64,000 bases of DNA from an uncultured Verrucomicrobiae bacterium. GTDB lineage: Bacteria; Verrucomicrobiota; Verrucomicrobiia; Limisphaerales; Palsa-1400. Of this stretch, positions 62,911 to 64,000 are shown one piece after another (within the stretch, counting starts at the first letter, position 1; every line of letters starts with the position of its first letter). The DNA lies in the NCBI GenBank assembly GCA_963707025.1, contig CAVPOM010000003.1, positions 64,001 to 128,000 of the forward strand. The letters are read 5' to 3'. A program made the translations under genes and the position numbers. Under the pieces are notes generated by a model, which saw only the letters and a list, made by a program, of their open reading frames with translations, did no database searches and was not told the DNA's origin.

Positions 62911-64000
62911 TCAAGGCTCGACCAGACGGTAGAATACGTTGGAGTTGGCCGTGTTAATGTTGATGTTCTCGTTGGTGACGGCAGCCGAGCCGGCGATGTT
63001 GAACCAGTCGCTTGGGTTGGCCACATTGATCGAGTTGCTTTGCAGGATCCAGCCGAGATAGTTGGTCGGCCAGGTGAATTTCAGCACACTGCCGCTGAGA
63101 TTGAAGCTCATCGTTGGTGGCGTGGCGACCGAGACGTTTAGCAGCACTTGGGCGCCACTGACTGAGATGGTGCTTCTGTAAACCGAAGCCGAAGGGATGG
63201 CGGTCCCGGATACGGTGTAAGTGCCTGAACCGGCGACAGATCCGCTGGCTTGCTGGATCAGAACGTAACTGCCGGGGATCAACGCCGAACCATTTACGGT
63301 AAAGGCATTGCCGTTGAGCGACAAAGTGCCCGAGGAGATGGCGAGAACACGATGGGTGCCATCGTAATTCAAGGTTATCGGCCTTGAGCCGAGGCTGACC
63401 GTGCCCGTCCCCGCAATCGTTGCCGGGCTGGCGGTGCCGCTGGCGGTGAGCGAGGCGCTTGCGCCCAAGGTGTAAGAGGGCAGAGCGGTGACATTAAAAG
63501 TCGCTCCGGCGACGATGCTGACGCCGGAGGCGCTGCCCAGCGAACCGCCTGTCCCCAAGGCCAGCGTGCCATTGCTGATAACCGTGGCGCCGGTGTAACT
63601 GTTCGCAGCCGTGAGGGTCAGCGTGCCGGCCCCAATCTTGGTCAAGGTGCCGCCGGTGCTGGACAAGGGCGTGGCAAAGGTGACGTTCTGGCCGGCCGTG
63701 TCAATAACAATAGGCAGGTTCTGCGCGGTGCTGAAGCGGCCGGAGTAATCGTTTTGGTTCGCGGCGGAGTATTGCAGAATGCCGCCGCCAAAAACGATGG
63801 AACCAGGATTGGACGCAGGGGAAATGCCCAGTGGCCCGGAAGTTCCCGGGGTTTCGGGGGAACCCAGGGTGAGGATGCCGGCATTGATGGTGGTCGCGCC
63901 GTGGTAGAGGTTTTGGTCGGTGAGCGCCATCCGGCCCGCACCCGCCTTGATCAAGCCCCTGACGGAAGCACCGACGACGATGCCGCCGGCGTCAGCCAAA
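62911..64000 (-). CDS. Autotransporter-associated beta-strand repeat protein (3' part; start outside the window)
   Basis: LTKIGAGTLTLTAANSYTGATVISNGTL repeats and a C-terminal WP..Y.GWILQS…FYRL domain. Confidence 0.9.
   Translation of the reverse strand, partial: LADAGGIVVGASVRGLIKAGAGRMALTDQNLYHGATTINAGILTLGSPETPGTSGPLGISPASNPGSIVFGGGILQYSAANQNDYSGRFSTAQNLPIVIDTAGQNVTFATPLSSTGGTLTKIGAGTLTLTAANSYTGATVISNGTLALGTGGSLGSASGVSIVAGATFNVTALPSYTLGASASLTASGTASPATIAGTGTVSLGSRPITLNYDGTHRVLAISSGTLSLNGNAFTVNGSALIPGSYVLIQQASGSVAGSGTYTVSGTAIPSASVYRSTISVSGAQVLLNVSVATPPTMSFNLSGSVLKFTWPTNYLGWILQSNSINVANPSDWFNIAGSAAVTNENININTANSNVFYRLVEP

Overview
GC-rich bacterial chromosomal segment, most likely from a subdivision-3 (Pedosphaera/Limisphaerales-like) verrucomicrobium. 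This is inferred from the H-X9-DG prepilin-like proteins, the extended ECF sigma factor, the 'AFTYQGQL' surface protein and the autotransporter-repeat proteins. Core genes are tRNA-Ala(GGC), lysS, ileS, hisG, purN, serA, dnaK-groES-groEL, mnmG (with an internal parS), pgi, a KamA-family enzyme and fucI. They are interspersed with four toxin-antitoxin-like modules, an IS630, an IS4-family IS, a Y1/HUH (IS200/RAYT-like) transposase pseudogene, a group II intron, a solo integron cassette with attC, and many REP/MITE-like palindromes and short tandem repeats. Most notable observations: (i) an aspartic-protease/antitoxin-like fusion plus an AbiEii-type nucleotidyltransferase inside a sigma54-type dnaK-groESL operon; (ii) a group II intron whose EBS1 matches the decamer tandem repeat it sits in; (iii) nested REP, MITE, IS and ~29-nt mini-elements, some inside coding frames; (iv) an orphan radical-SAM/chorismate-lyase-like/flavin-halogenase cluster; (v) a LysRS with a divergent lysine pocket. 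Several single-base frameshifts look like assembly errors. All calls come from reading the sequence by eye; no database searches were run.
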